Source: a virus (taxonomy: Duplodnaviria; Heunggongvirae; Uroviricota; Caudoviricetes). From it: a DNA stretch of 64,000 nt. Below, in pieces: positions 54,215 through 64,000 of the stretch. The stretch is from IMG/VR virus record IMGVR_UViG_3300028840_008157; one strand, 5' to 3'. Each line of letters starts with the position of its first letter. Position 1 is the stretch's first letter. The notes beneath the pieces are model-generated. The model saw only the letters and a program-made list of their open reading frames with translations. It did no database searches and was not told the origin of the DNA. A program made the position numbers and the translations under genes.

Positions 54215-54882
54215 TGCATCTCAGACGTGCCGACCTTAACGGATGGCGTTACGCGACCAGGACGGCCGCTAGGGAATTCGTGCTCCCGCGAGCGAGGGAC
54301 GACGGGTCCCTCGGACTGGTCGGAGGAGAGGCACTACGCCTCGGCGCCGAGGGCCCATGTCGGGCGCGAAATGAATACGCCGACTTGGCGCTCCTCGACG
54401 CCGAAGGCGAAGGCATGCCGCTCGCCAGGATGGACTTCGCCGAAGGGGACATCCTCTGCGCGTACTTCCCCGCCAGCGGCCTTGTCATCCCGGGCAGGGC
54501 CGGGCGAACGACGCGCGGTTACGAGATGGAACCCGCGACGCGATGTCCTGGCGGCGAAAGGGCGTTCATCCTGACGGAACCCATGAACGCCCTCGTCACG
54601 GCGAGCTTGCCATCGTCGGGGGACAGGATACCGATCCTGCCGCGCCTCGGACTGACCTCGTGGCTCATGGCCTGCGGGTCGAGGGCGGCCGAGGACGCGA
54701 GGGAGTACGACGTCGATCACGGAGGCGAATTCTTCGTCATCCGTCGCCGCGGCGGCAGCCCCATCCTGAGGGGACGCTTCAAGGGCGGAGACAACGAGCA
54801 CGAGGACGTCTCCTGGAGGATCGCCACGTTGGGACTCGGGGGATTGATCGGCGACTACGATCTCGAACGGGAGGAAGAATGA
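54214..54882 (+). CDS. hypothetical protein
   Basis: GTG start overlapping the upstream stop. Confidence 0.6.
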   Translation: MHLRRADLNGWRYATRTAAREFVLPRARDDGSLGLVGGEALRLGAEGPCRARNEYADLALLDAEGEGMPLARMDFAEGDILCAYFPASGLVIPGRAGRTTRGYEMEPATRCPGGERAFILTEPMNALVTASLPSSGDRIPILPRLGLTSWLMACGSRAAEDAREYDVDHGGEFFVIRRRGGSPILRGRFKGGDNEHEDVSWRIATLGLGGLIGDYDLEREEE

Positions 54883-55076
54883 GGCTATTCGTCAATCGAC
54901 CCGTCCGATGGAACGACGGTTCCCGTGACAGGACGGGGAAGGTCAAGCAGATACTCGGTGACCACGTCGTCATCAAGGCCGACTCCGGGGAGGAATACAT
55001 CGTCGCTCGGTCGTCCGTTGGAAAGCCGACGACGACCAGGAAAGCGATGACCATCATCGCGCCGGAAAGGAAATGA
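54879..55076 (+). CDS. small SH3/KOW-like beta protein
   Basis: RPVRWNDG..RTGKVKQILGDHVVIKADSGEEYIV; GGAGG SD. Confidence 0.6.
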   Translation: MRLFVNRPVRWNDGSRDRTGKVKQILGDHVVIKADSGEEYIVARSSVGKPTTTRKAMTIIAPERK

Positions 55077-55079
55077 CGC

Positions 55080-56756
55080 ATGCCTCGCGAGAGCATGACC
55101 GTACTCGTCATCTCTTCCTCAGACGAATCCCGAGAGGCCGCCTACGTCGTCGTCAGCGGCCTGAAGGACAACGGTCATGACGGTCTCATCTGCTGCTCCC
55201 CTGAAGCCGAGACCAGGATCAAGCCCGACCTGAGGCTTGACGAGGAGACGAGCCTCGGCGGCGTCAGCGGCGTCGTCGTCCTTGACGACGGCGGAGACGC
55301 AGAAGCCTGCGCGAAGATCGTCTCGAGGGCCAACAAGGACGACCTCGTCGTGGGCGGCATCGGCCCAGGGTGCCTGATCATGGCGTCCTGCGGCATCCTG
55401 AAGGATCATTACGTTTGCGACGGCCTGCCCGAGGAGGCTTACAAGGGGAAGGGCGTCGAGAAGGTTGAATCCCCTTCCGTCCGCAGCGACACCGTCCTGA
55501 CCTGCTCCGACGTGAGGATGGCCGACGGGTTCCTGTCGCTCGTCATCGACGCGCTCGGAGGAAAGGCCAGGCGCGTGGTCACAGGTGACGACGCTCCGGT
55601 CACGGAGGCGAGCCTCCTCATCGTCGACGACACCTCGGCGTGGCCGGACTACTGGGGCGTCGCGAGGGAACTGGACAAGAAGGGGTGCCGGACGTTCATC
55701 GGGCGCTGGGAGGACGTCGACGTCGCTTCCGGGAGGGCCGGTTGCCTGTCGATGGGCCCAGACGGCGTCAAGACATGCATGACGGTCGGCATCCCCAAGA
55801 CGATATGGTTCAGGCAGCAGATGCCATTGCGCGACGCGGCCTGCGCCGTGTCCGAGCTGGAGTCGCTGGGATGCCGGAACGTCAACTCCTCGGAGTCCAT
55901 CAGGCTCGCCTCGGAGCCCCTTGACGAGCTGCTTGGCGGCGTCGTCGAGGTCGGGAAGCCCGACGAGCAGGGGTTCAAGGTGATCGCCAATCGTGGCGAA
56001 GACGGGTGGAAGGCCGAGGCGCTGGGTGACGTCCGCGAGGCCGTCGAGTCGGCATGCACCGCTTTCCAGTCATCCCTTGACGACCATGACGGCGCGAACA
56101 GCGTCAGCGTCCGGGTGACCCTCCGCGATGACCGCCCCACGATCAACGGCATCGACCCCCTGGATTCGGACATGGCCATCGACGCCCGCGGCGACGACCC
56201 CGTCACGCTCAGGGCCATCGTCGAGAGGGAGATGGCCCACGAGGGGATGTGGCTCCAGCCTGACGGCAGGCTGGCCATACTGGAGGACGGCCACTTCAAG
56301 AGGCTCCCCCCCGAGGAGGCTTTGCTCGACCTCAGGAAGAAGGTCCTGTCCGCCATCAGGAGGGAGATCGAGGAATCCCATCGGGGAAAGGAGGACGTCG
56401 CCATGAAGCGCGCGCGCAGGCTCTCGCGTCGCGCCAGGCACAGGTTCTTCCTCGCCTTCGAGCTGCTGGGCGCCAACGTGACGACGGCGTACGGCCTGTA
56501 CCCGTCCGGAGTCGCCGGACCGTGGGCTCACCTGGACATCCCGATGTTCGAGAGGGTCTTCCAGTGGCAGGAGGGCGACGACTGGCTGAAGGATCGGGAG
56601 AAGGCGATCAGCAAGTTGCCCAGGTACAACCCACAGTACGACTTGCACGGGTTCTACTTCAAGTGGATAGAGCCTAGGAACCTGGCGTACGCCTGGGAGA
56701 ATCGCTTCAACGAAGGGTCGTACCCGATGCGCAACGTACTCAACCTAAACAGGTAG
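55080..56756 (+). CDS. protein with a degenerate DJ-1/PfpI-like N-terminal domain
   Basis: ..VVGGIGPGCLIMASCGILKD...VRSDTVLTC resembles the DJ-1 fold. Confidence 0.65.
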   Translation: MPRESMTVLVISSSDESREAAYVVVSGLKDNGHDGLICCSPEAETRIKPDLRLDEETSLGGVSGVVVLDDGGDAEACAKIVSRANKDDLVVGGIGPGCLIMASCGILKDHYVCDGLPEEAYKGKGVEKVESPSVRSDTVLTCSDVRMADGFLSLVIDALGGKARRVVTGDDAPVTEASLLIVDDTSAWPDYWGVARELDKKGCRTFIGRWEDVDVASGRAGCLSMGPDGVKTCMTVGIPKTIWFRQQMPLRDAACAVSELESLGCRNVNSSESIRLASEPLDELLGGVVEVGKPDEQGFKVIANRGEDGWKAEALGDVREAVESACTAFQSSLDDHDGANSVSVRVTLRDDRPTINGIDPLDSDMAIDARGDDPVTLRAIVEREMAHEGMWLQPDGRLAILEDGHFKRLPPEEALLDLRKKVLSAIRREIEESHRGKEDVAMKRARRLSRRARHRFFLAFELLGANVTTAYGLYPSGVAGPWAHLDIPMFERVFQWQEGDDWLKDREKAISKLPRYNPQYDLHGFYFKWIEPRNLAYAWENRFNEGSYPMRNVLNLNR

Positions 56757-56768
56757 CGGGTCATATAC

Positions 56769-59453
56769 ATGATCATCGTCAAGAAGGCAGCGGAAGAGTT
56801 CAAGCCCTTGCGACCGGTTCGCAGGCCGCAAGTCCCGGCGACGCCAACGCCCTTCGAGGAGGAGGAACCCGGCGTCCCGGAGGAATATACCGGACCGTTA
56901 TTGGCCCCGCGGCCGCAGGCCCTCGTCGAGCCAGAACCAGAGATCCCGGAGCCGGCCGAGCCGGAGCCGGAAATCCCGGAGCCGGCCGAAGAGGAACCGG
57001 AAATCCCGGAGCCGGCCGACGAGGAAGGCGTCATGAGGGACGAGCCCGAGCTGCCCCTCGTCGAGAACAAGCCGAAGGTCATCATCAAGTCCCCGACCAA
57101 GCCGGTTCCCTTGGGGACGCCATCTCAAGAGTGGGGATGGGAGAGGAATGATCCAGGAATCGGACAGTCGATGGACGAGGACGAGGAGGAGGAGGAGGAG
57201 TCCCTGACCGACGAGCCGATCGCGACCCCGACGGAGATCACGTCGGAGATGGACGCGATGGGGCTCCACTTGTCTCAGCTTCTCGGCCCGATGAACGAGA
57301 AGAAGGAAGAGGCGATGAGGGCGGGCGGCGACGAGGCGGTGTACGCCCTCTGGGACGACCCCGAGTTCGAGCAGGCGCAGGAACAGGCGAGGTCCCTCAT
57401 AGACAAGATCGTCAACTCCAAGATGGAATTCCAACAGCGGCCAGGCGAGAAGCCTAGGGAGCCCCAGACCGCCGAGGACTACGTCAGGGACAGGCACAGG
57501 TCGCTAATCTCGCTCAAGCAGTCGAAAGGAGTTCCCTCGGAGCAGTTGCAGGAGATACCAGAGGCCGACGACGCCCTGTACGACATGATCATGGCGTTCG
57601 CCGAGAGCGCCCACGAAAACCCCGGGGCGAAGAACAGCCTGACGGCCTACATCATCGCCAACTGGCGCCGGTTCATGGAACCCCCCAATCCGTTCTATCG
57701 CTTCATGAAGTACATCAAGAACCCGAGGACCACGGTCACAGAAGAGGTTCGCAACGAGGGGGCCGAGCGAGGCTGGTCGTGGCCCAGGCAAGTACTCGAG
57801 CAGTACAAGCACGACGCCTGGGGCGACCCGAGCAAGCCCTATTCCCCAGAGGCTATCGAGGAGCGCGTCAGGAAGGGCGCGGAGTGGTGGGAGAAGATGT
57901 ACGAGCGCATCCAGAAGTCGGGCAAGGTGCTTCCCGACTACATGGAGGAGGCGGACCCCATCAAGATCAACCTCAAGAAGATGCCAGATGGCCGTTTCAA
58001 GGGCGATACCGCCGCCATCCGCATCATGTCCGAGGTCTTCGACTTCACGGCGCAATACCACCCCGACCTGGCGGAGGCGCTCGGTCTGATCACGAGGACT
58101 CCGGCCACGCTGAAGAAATATCGTCAGGACGGCGAGTTCGGCATCGACCCGAACAAGGCATTGAATCCGGACGTCCTAGACTGGTGGAACGAGATGTACG
58201 GCAAGATCTCGTCCCGCGTCGAGGGATTGCCCCCCATGAGCCTTTCCCAAGCCTCATCGCGTCAGGACATCGCCGCGATGAAGAAGGCGTTCGACGACTT
58301 CGTCGGGCGATATCCCAAGGAGGCCATCAACCTTGGGATGGCCGACGCCGACGTCATAATCTCGCATCCCTACAAGAGGAAGGGAAGCAAGTATTACATG
58401 TCCGACGAGATCACGGACCCGATCAGGCGCCAGGTCAGCGAGAAGAAGGTCCAGGAAGCCATCGAGTCAGCAGGAAAGACCAAGTCCATGAACGCGGAGG
58501 ACCAGGAAGGAAGGAAAATCCAGGTATCCGAGGAGGACGTCAAGAAGGAGACCGGCGAGCTCGCCGGCCTCGCCGAGGACAAGAAGATCGTCAACCCGAT
58601 GACCATGTTCCGGAGGAAGTACAAGCCGCAAGCCTACGGACCGGACACGCGGAGAAGTCCCAAGAAGAAGTCACGCGAGGACAAGAACAAGACCACCGAG
58701 GCGGGCATACTCTCCGCCGTCTGGGGGCGGCAGGTCGCCCGTGAATTCATGATGGGGAAGGACCTCGAGCGGAGGGTCAAGGCGACGCTCGATCACCACG
58801 TCTCGGACGACGAGCTGCACAACATCATGCTAGAGCACGACATCTCCCGAGCCTACGGGCCGCTGATCGACCTCTACTTCAAGAGGAAGCCGGAGGCGAT
58901 GAAGATCCTAGGCGAGGCCGGTCGCAAGTGGGAGTCCATCAGGCCTTCGTTCTCGATCGGCGCCACGCCGGAGGCCATCGAGAGGGAGACGAAGCGACGC
59001 CAGGCGGCGCTCTCGATCATCGCCGATCACGTCACGACGCCGAAGAGCGTCGAGAGGGAGATCGCCAAGACCATCGCCGGGATGCCCCTCGAGCGTGGCG
59101 GCTCGGGCGGATTGTACAAGCCGGAGCACATGGTCAACAAGGAGCTCGGCGAAAAGAACGCGCTGGAGAACGTGGCCACGATGAACGCCCTGTTCGAGCG
59201 GCTCCGGTCCAAGTTCCAGGGGCGCGGAGAGTCCAGGGGGCACGCGCTGAAGAAGTTCAACGACGCGGTCCGAGAGGTGGTCGGCAGGATGATAGGCGCC
59301 CTCGCCAACGACGACACGTTCGCCAGGATCGAGCGCGACCTCAGGAGCAAGGGATTCAATCTGAGGGGCGGATCATGGAGGTCCGCGCTCATGTCGCACC
59401 TGCGCATCGTCCGGTTCGCCCTACGAGGGCTCATGATGGAGAAGGTGTCATGA
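56769..59453 (+). CDS. 894-aa hypothetical protein with EPEIPEPA repeats
   Basis: MIIVKKA start; three 30-bp repeats at about 56930-57020. Confidence 0.85.
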   Translation: MIIVKKAAEEFKPLRPVRRPQVPATPTPFEEEEPGVPEEYTGPLLAPRPQALVEPEPEIPEPAEPEPEIPEPAEEEPEIPEPADEEGVMRDEPELPLVENKPKVIIKSPTKPVPLGTPSQEWGWERNDPGIGQSMDEDEEEEEESLTDEPIATPTEITSEMDAMGLHLSQLLGPMNEKKEEAMRAGGDEAVYALWDDPEFEQAQEQARSLIDKIVNSKMEFQQRPGEKPREPQTAEDYVRDRHRSLISLKQSKGVPSEQLQEIPEADDALYDMIMAFAESAHENPGAKNSLTAYIIANWRRFMEPPNPFYRFMKYIKNPRTTVTEEVRNEGAERGWSWPRQVLEQYKHDAWGDPSKPYSPEAIEERVRKGAEWWEKMYERIQKSGKVLPDYMEEADPIKINLKKMPDGRFKGDTAAIRIMSEVFDFTAQYHPDLAEALGLITRTPATLKKYRQDGEFGIDPNKALNPDVLDWWNEMYGKISSRVEGLPPMSLSQASSRQDIAAMKKAFDDFVGRYPKEAINLGMADADVIISHPYKRKGSKYYMSDEITDPIRRQVSEKKVQEAIESAGKTKSMNAEDQEGRKIQVSEEDVKKETGELAGLAEDKKIVNPMTMFRRKYKPQAYGPDTRRSPKKKSREDKNKTTEAGILSAVWGRQVAREFMMGKDLERRVKATLDHHVSDDELHNIMLEHDISRAYGPLIDLYFKRKPEAMKILGEAGRKWESIRPSFSIGATPEAIERETKRRQAALSIIADHVTTPKSVEREIAKTIAGMPLERGGSGGLYKPEHMVNKELGEKNALENVATMNALFERLRSKFQGRGESRGHALKKFNDAVREVVGRMIGALANDDTFARIERDLRSKGFNLRGGSWRSALMSHLRIVRFALRGLMMEKVS

Positions 59454-59818
59454 TCGTCCTGGCCAACGTCGACAGGAGGAACGGGCTCGTCATCGAGTAC
59501 ATGGTCGACGAGTTGTTCGGCGGCGACGCCGCCAGGGGCTTCGTCGCGAGGATGCTCTGCAAGGGGCCCGAACTAACACCCGAGCGGATCGAGAACGTCA
59601 TGGAGGCGTCCAAGCGCAAGTTTCCGAAGAGGTACGAGATAAGCAGGCGCACCTCGTTGGCCCCCTTCGTGCTAGGCGTGAAGCAGGAGATCGAGTCGTT
59701 CCTGTCGGACCCGGAGAACGTGCGACGCATGTCCGAGGAGATCGGGTTGCCCGAGAAGGACGTCGCGGGAGAGGCCGTCAAGGTCGCGGCGGCCGTCAGG
59801 AGGAGACATGCCGATTAA
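59450..59818 (+). CDS. hypothetical protein
   Basis: ATGA-coupled. Confidence 0.65.
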   Translation: MIVLANVDRRNGLVIEYMVDELFGGDAARGFVARMLCKGPELTPERIENVMEASKRKFPKRYEISRRTSLAPFVLGVKQEIESFLSDPENVRRMSEEIGLPEKDVAGEAVKVAAAVRRRHAD

Positions 59819-61178
59819 GAGGGTACGGGAGGAACGCGAGGGCGGCATGTTCGACTTCCTCATCAAGAGGCCGACGGGAAGGAGCCCTTTCCTGACGGAC
59901 GAGGAGGCGCGCGTCCTATACGACCTCTGGAAGACGTCCAAGCTGGGGGATCGCAGGTTCGTTCCGGGCCGATCAGAGATAAACTCTTTGAAGGCAAAGG
60001 GTTACCTTTCCGGGGCCATGGAGCTAGAGCTAACCCCGCGAGGGAAGAAGGTCATCGTCGAGATGGTGACCAACGAGCCGAGCGTCCTGGAGAAGTCCTC
60101 GGAGCCTCCCCCCTACAGCAAGATCAAGGCGGCCGCCAAGAAGCGGCCGCGCCAGTCCTTCCTCCAGAAGAAGGGATCCAAGGAGGAGCGAGCTTTCAAC
60201 CTCAGGAACACGCGCGAGGCCATGAAGAAGGAGGCCGGCGTCTGGGACATCATCTCGTCCCCCTTCCGCGACTGGTGGGCCAAGGCGAGGGGGCGCATGG
60301 GCGACTGGGGCTCCCAGATGGGAGCCACGACGGGACCCGAAAGGGAGCTTTGGAAGAAGGTCGAGCGAGAGAAGCAGATCGCGCAGCGTTACCTCGTCCA
60401 GATATGGAACTCGATGACGGACGCGGCGACCGGCGTGCAGGGCGCCGCGATCGCGAGGGCCGTCTCCACGTTGATGCCCGCGCTCGAGGAGTTCCGAAAC
60501 GTCATCGGGACCGTCGTCCCGATCATGCCGCCACCGCCCATCCCGGAGGCCGGAGAGGTCATCGACAAGAACCAATTCCAGCGATTCTACGACAGGCTGG
60601 ACCAGACGGTGAAACAGTGCTCCGGCCCCGTAGGATGGCAGAACGTCGTCCAATACGCGAGGAACAAGGAGCACGCCTCGATATCCCCCCTGGCGATGCC
60701 CAAGGGGGCCGAGGACCAGACGTTCGAGAACGAGTTCAAGAGGCTCGTCGCCGCCATCAACAGGCGCGTGACCGACGTCGGAGGCGGCGCGTCCGAGATC
60801 ATCCCCAAGGAGGTCGTTGACGACATACTGGACAACTACGACGGCATGAAGCTCGTCGACGCCATGACCGACCTCGTCATGAAGGCCAGGGGCATCGAAT
60901 TCGTGGACAACATGGCGAGCCGGATCACCTTCTTCATCATGGACAAGCTGAACCCGAAGTTGTCGGAATACAGGCGCCAACTAGCCGCGTGGCTCAGGTC
61001 ATCGGGAAGAGGCGGTCGAAGCGGCGCCTACGAGCTCAACAACTGGGACAAGTACATCGACCAGATCGAGAAGGACATCGCGGTCAACGTCAAGAACATC
61101 ATGCAGCAGAAGTTCACGCGATTGTTCGGCGGACAAGCCCCCGAGGCCGCTGGAACCCGACGGGAGATGGCTACGTAG
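59808..61178 (+). CDS. hypothetical two-segment protein
   Basis: AGGAG SD; wHTH-like LKAKGYL...LTPRG segment, then AFNLRNTREAMKKEA linker. Confidence 0.8.
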   Translation: MPIKRVREEREGGMFDFLIKRPTGRSPFLTDEEARVLYDLWKTSKLGDRRFVPGRSEINSLKAKGYLSGAMELELTPRGKKVIVEMVTNEPSVLEKSSEPPPYSKIKAAAKKRPRQSFLQKKGSKEERAFNLRNTREAMKKEAGVWDIISSPFRDWWAKARGRMGDWGSQMGATTGPERELWKKVEREKQIAQRYLVQIWNSMTDAATGVQGAAIARAVSTLMPALEEFRNVIGTVVPIMPPPPIPEAGEVIDKNQFQRFYDRLDQTVKQCSGPVGWQNVVQYARNKEHASISPLAMPKGAEDQTFENEFKRLVAAINRRVTDVGGGASEIIPKEVVDDILDNYDGMKLVDAMTDLVMKARGIEFVDNMASRITFFIMDKLNPKLSEYRRQLAAWLRSSGRGGRSGAYELNNWDKYIDQIEKDIAVNVKNIMQQKFTRLFGGQAPEAAGTRREMAT

Positions 61179-61608
61179 GCCGTTTCCCCCTCTTCACTAT
61201 CTTCTTGGCCATGAAATCCACGGGAACCGAACTCGTCCTACAGGCCGCTTCCCGCGCCACTTCAGGAGAAGTCTCGGGCAGTTCCCCGTCGACGAGCGAC
61301 GCCAACTCTTGAAGCTCCTCGAGCGCCTCGTCGTCATCCAACGGCGCGATCGCCGGGGACTCGATCCAGGGCTCGTCCTTGTCCCAGTAGCTCGTGTCCG
61401 GGTCCTCTACCGGGAACTTGCCCTGGACCTTCCCGCAATCTAGGCAAACCTTGATCCCGATCCCATCGCCGTCCGATATGTTATCGACCCCCGGCGCGTA
61501 CCCGTGATAAGACTTTCCCTTATACTCGAAGAAATTACCGTCGCAAGCCTTGGAGTATCCGTCCAGGATTCGTTCACTCCCGCAACGATCACATTTATCC
61601 ATCACCAT
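61171..61608 (-). CDS. zinc-finger hypothetical protein
   Basis: CDRCGS..KACD..CLDCGKVQG; AGGAG SD. Confidence 0.7.
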   Translation of the reverse strand: MVMDKCDRCGSERILDGYSKACDGNFFEYKGKSYHGYAPGVDNISDGDGIGIKVCLDCGKVQGKFPVEDPDTSYWDKDEPWIESPAIAPLDDDEALEELQELASLVDGELPETSPEVAREAACRTSSVPVDFMAKKIVKRGKRPT

Positions 61609-61613
61609 TTCTC

Positions 61614-61880
61614 CTACATGAACGCCGGTCCGTGCGACATGTTATGGTCCCGTTCCTTGGCACAGGACATCTTGCTTTGGTCGTCGCGCGCGCGCCGAAT
61701 ATCACGAATCTGGATATTGATCCAGTCCCTTACGGTCAGGATGTCGAGCATCCCATGGAGGAGGGCGACGTCAAGAACGCTGTCACGAACGTAAAGGGAC
61801 GACCTGAATGCGATCACGTCCTTCCTCGTCTCGAGGGGAACCTTGCGACCCAATTCCAGCAAGAGATGAGCCCGCTTCAT
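61614..61880 (-). CDS. hypothetical protein
   Basis: GGAGG SD; ATGA overlap. Confidence 0.5.
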   Translation of the reverse strand: MKRAHLLLELGRKVPLETRKDVIAFRSSLYVRDSVLDVALLHGMLDILTVRDWINIQIRDIRRARDDQSKMSCAKERDHNMSHGPAFM

Positions 61881-62068
61881 GCCTCCTCCTCGTAGTTCAT
61901 GCCCAGGCGATCAAGCTCGTCGATGAGGTCCTCTCCCTCGTCATCCTCGATCTCGACGACTATCCCCCCGGACATCCTTATGACATTCTCCACCGATCCG
62001 CGCGTCTTGGCCCACCTCTGGAGGAAGTCGATCGCCTTGACGCGTCCGTTGAATATCGTGATCTCCAT
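61877..62068 (-). CDS. hypothetical protein
   Basis: AAGGA SD; coupled. Confidence 0.6.
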   Translation of the reverse strand: MEITIFNGRVKAIDFLQRWAKTRGSVENVIRMSGGIVVEIEDDEGEDLIDELDRLGMNYEEEA

Positions 62069-62071
62069 TCG

Positions 62072-62380
62072 TCAGTCCTTTATCCTGGAGAGCCTCTCCA
62101 GCTCGGCGATGACGAGCGCCCCGGCGATGACGAGCTGCTTCTGCCTGTCGTGCTTGTCCCGCTTGTCCCAACCCTTGTCCCACGGCCACGCGTCGTGAAA
62201 CCCGTAGAAGTCGTTCCTGACCTTGACCGTGTAGACTTGCTCCGGGGCCGCGTAGCACGCGGCGGCCATGGCCAGCTCGCCCTTGTCGTGCAGGTCGTCG
62301 TGCTCCGGCGACCAGCCCTCGTACGATACCTGACGCTGGCGCTCCTTCTTGATCAGCTCGATGGCTTCGTCGACGTTCAT
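62072..62380 (-). CDS. hypothetical phage protein
   Basis: ERQRQV..EGWSPEHDD.H..GELA.AAACYA..WPW..LVIAGAL.IAE.ER, a motif set common in phage proteins. Confidence 0.85.
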   Translation of the reverse strand: MNVDEAIELIKKERQRQVSYEGWSPEHDDLHDKGELAMAAACYAAPEQVYTVKVRNDFYGFHDAWPWDKGWDKRDKHDRQKQLVIAGALVIAELERLSRIKD

Positions 62381-62440
62381 CGGTTACCTCCTGCCGCGAT
62401 GATACAAGGAGAGAGAGGGGGCCGTTCAGAAAACCATAAC

Positions 62441-62818
62441 ATGGGAGGTTCGACGACCTTGCCAAGGAAGATTCGTCTGATCAGCGTGGCGGAGACCCCC
62501 GAGGAACACGGGAAGGGGCTCATGTTCGTCCGCGACATGGAACCCGACACGGGCATGCTTTTCAAGTTCAAGCACCCGCGCGTCCTTAGTTTCTGGATGA
62601 AGAATACCTACGTCCCGCTGGACATCGCATTCGCGGACTCCGGCGGCAGGATCGTGAAGACCGAGACGATGATCCCGATGTCCCTACGGTCCGTCTCCAG
62701 CGGGAGGCCGTGCGTCATGGCCCTGGAGGTTCCCGCCGGGACGCTGCGAGGGGTCGAGGGATCGACCCTCTCCGTCGAAGGCGAATGGGCGATCATTGGA
62801 GATGATGACGATAGTTAG
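62441..62818 (+). CDS. DUF192 family protein
   Basis: VAETPEEHGKGLMF, GMLF, FWMKNTYVPLDIAF, ALEVPAG. Confidence 0.9.
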   Translation: MGGSTTLPRKIRLISVAETPEEHGKGLMFVRDMEPDTGMLFKFKHPRVLSFWMKNTYVPLDIAFADSGGRIVKTETMIPMSLRSVSSGRPCVMALEVPAGTLRGVEGSTLSVEGEWAIIGDDDDS

Positions 62819-63305
62819 CAATACCCTCAGGACGGCGCAGCCCGCCGATCCGTTCTCCCGATTCGAGGAGGTCCCCGAGGGGGCCGAGCCGTGGTCGGAG
62901 AACCCGGGCGAGCCGACGCCGCCGGAATCGGCCCCCCCGCCGGAGGAGCCCGCGTTCAAGGTCGAGCCGGGTCCCGACGTCGAGCCGATGGACCCGGCGA
63001 TGATCGCCGAGGAGATACCGGAGCCGACGACGGACATCGACGAGATGAACGCCGACCCGACCGTCAGCAACGGCCAGAAGATATACGCGGCGATAACGCG
63101 GGGGATCGGCCTGAAGATAACGTACACGACGCTGCCAAGGGAAGACAACCCCGGCGGCAGTACAACCATTAGGGTGGTCGATCCATCCTTCGTTTACTGG
63201 GCCGGAACCAACCGGGACATCCTCGTCGCGTGGTGCCGCCTCAGGGACGACTGGCGCCAGTTCGCGGTCGAACAGATCGCGCCGGGCGCCGAGCTGACGA
63301 CGTAG
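62802..63305 (+). CDS. WYL-domain protein with a P/E-rich N-terminus
   Basis: ITYT..TIRVVDP...LVAWCRLRDDWRQFAVEQI. Confidence 0.75.
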   Translation: MMTIVSNTLRTAQPADPFSRFEEVPEGAEPWSENPGEPTPPESAPPPEEPAFKVEPGPDVEPMDPAMIAEEIPEPTTDIDEMNADPTVSNGQKIYAAITRGIGLKITYTTLPREDNPGGSTTIRVVDPSFVYWAGTNRDILVAWCRLRDDWRQFAVEQIAPGAELTT

Positions 63306-63315
63306 GGAGGCAGAG

Positions 63316-64000
63316 ATGGCTGAGAAAGAAAACCAGTGGGACCGCGTGATCCAGGCGATGCTCGACGTGGCCGACGTGGCCGACGAGCTCGGGTACTACG
63401 ACCAGGCGGACGTGATCGCCGGGTTGCTGCCCAAGGCCACGCTCGTCAGGACGGCCCAGTACGAGGGTCCCCAGAACTACTTCATCCTCAACCAGCGCGC
63501 CTTCGAGCGCGCGTGGCGGATCAAGCGCGAGAAGAAGGGGCTCTCGCAGCAGGTCCCGATGTCGCCCGAGGAGACGCCCGAGTTCTTCAACTCGGCGCAG
63601 GAGTGCTGGCTTGACGTCCTCGAGGAGTACCAGGACGCGTTGTTCGGCAAGGACGCCGAGATGCTCTCCAAGTACGCGGCCAAGGAGTGGAAGGCTCCCA
63701 CGACAAAACGCAAGTTGTCCACTAAAGCCGTCACCAGGAACAAGCACGGGGAGACCAACGAGTACGACGTGGAGATTCTGGAGGACGAGAGCGGCAAGGA
63801 GATACTCGCCATAACCGGTACGCCGGGGCAATGGTACGTCGACACGTTGAAGGGCGAGGACAAGTGGAGCAGCCACCAGGGCGCGATCCCCAGCTCCGTC
63901 GCCATCGACTTCGGGCAGAACTGGGTATGGACCAACGTCAAGGAAGTCCTCGAGGAGGTCGACTCGGAATCCAAGCCTGAACCCGGCGTCGAGACCGGGT
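63316..64000 (+). CDS. hypothetical protein, truncated by the window end
   Basis: GGAGG SD; MAEKENQW..ADELGYYDQAD..LVRTAQYEGPQ; open to the end of the window. Confidence 0.75.
   Translation, partial: MAEKENQWDRVIQAMLDVADVADELGYYDQADVIAGLLPKATLVRTAQYEGPQNYFILNQRAFERAWRIKREKKGLSQQVPMSPEETPEFFNSAQECWLDVLEEYQDALFGKDAEMLSKYAAKEWKAPTTKRKLSTKAVTRNKHGETNEYDVEILEDESGKEILAITGTPGQWYVDTLKGEDKWSSHQGAIPSSVAIDFGQNWVWTNVKEVLEEVDSESKPEPGVETG

Noticed and set aside
56930-57020. 30-bp repeats (and the 12-bp repeats at about 52584-52620) as regulatory or mobile elements
   Set aside because: They encode low-complexity peptides (EPEIPEPA, RGKG) inside ORFs.
1-64000. Genome-wide TAG reassignment (genetic code 15)
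   Set aside because: Long genes are intact under code 11, and many end in TAG followed by a new SD/start or a convergent gene. In-frame TAGs were noticed only next to the suppressor tRNA.

Overview
This GC-rich window reads as part of a large (jumbo-type) tailed dsDNA phage genome. The evidence is a terminase large subunit (47570-49357), long runs of small ATGA-coupled hypothetical ORFs, RtcB, HD and DEDDh nucleases, DUF192, WYL and HNH genes, and no bacterial housekeeping operon. A membrane-anchored prenyltransferase/squalene-cyclase-repeat gene suggests a Planctomycetota/PVC host (inference). The most striking element is a minus-strand operon (about 39230 to 37926) that the ORF track misses. 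A sigma70-like promoter precedes a canonical 76-nt tRNA with anticodon CUA (amber suppressor). Three in-frame TAG codons follow within about 900 nt: codon 3 of a 105-codon ORF, codon 5 of a leader MTMT*MIRGP, and codon 38 (Glu-Pro-TAG) of a PTH2-like peptidyl-tRNA hydrolase gene. TAG appears to be an ordinary stop elsewhere, so this looks like a local read-through switch rather than genome-wide recoding. Other notable items: an RHH / SF2-helicase / MTase-like operon sharing a roughly 58-aa repeat; a MerR-HTH fused to a thioester alpha-2-macroglobulin-like protein; a putative polyprotein with [RK]-x-[AG] linkers whose motifs recur in many proteins; and an HNH gene disrupted by a roughly 124-bp copy of DNA from 38 kb away. 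All family assignments come from motif recognition by eye; no searches were run.
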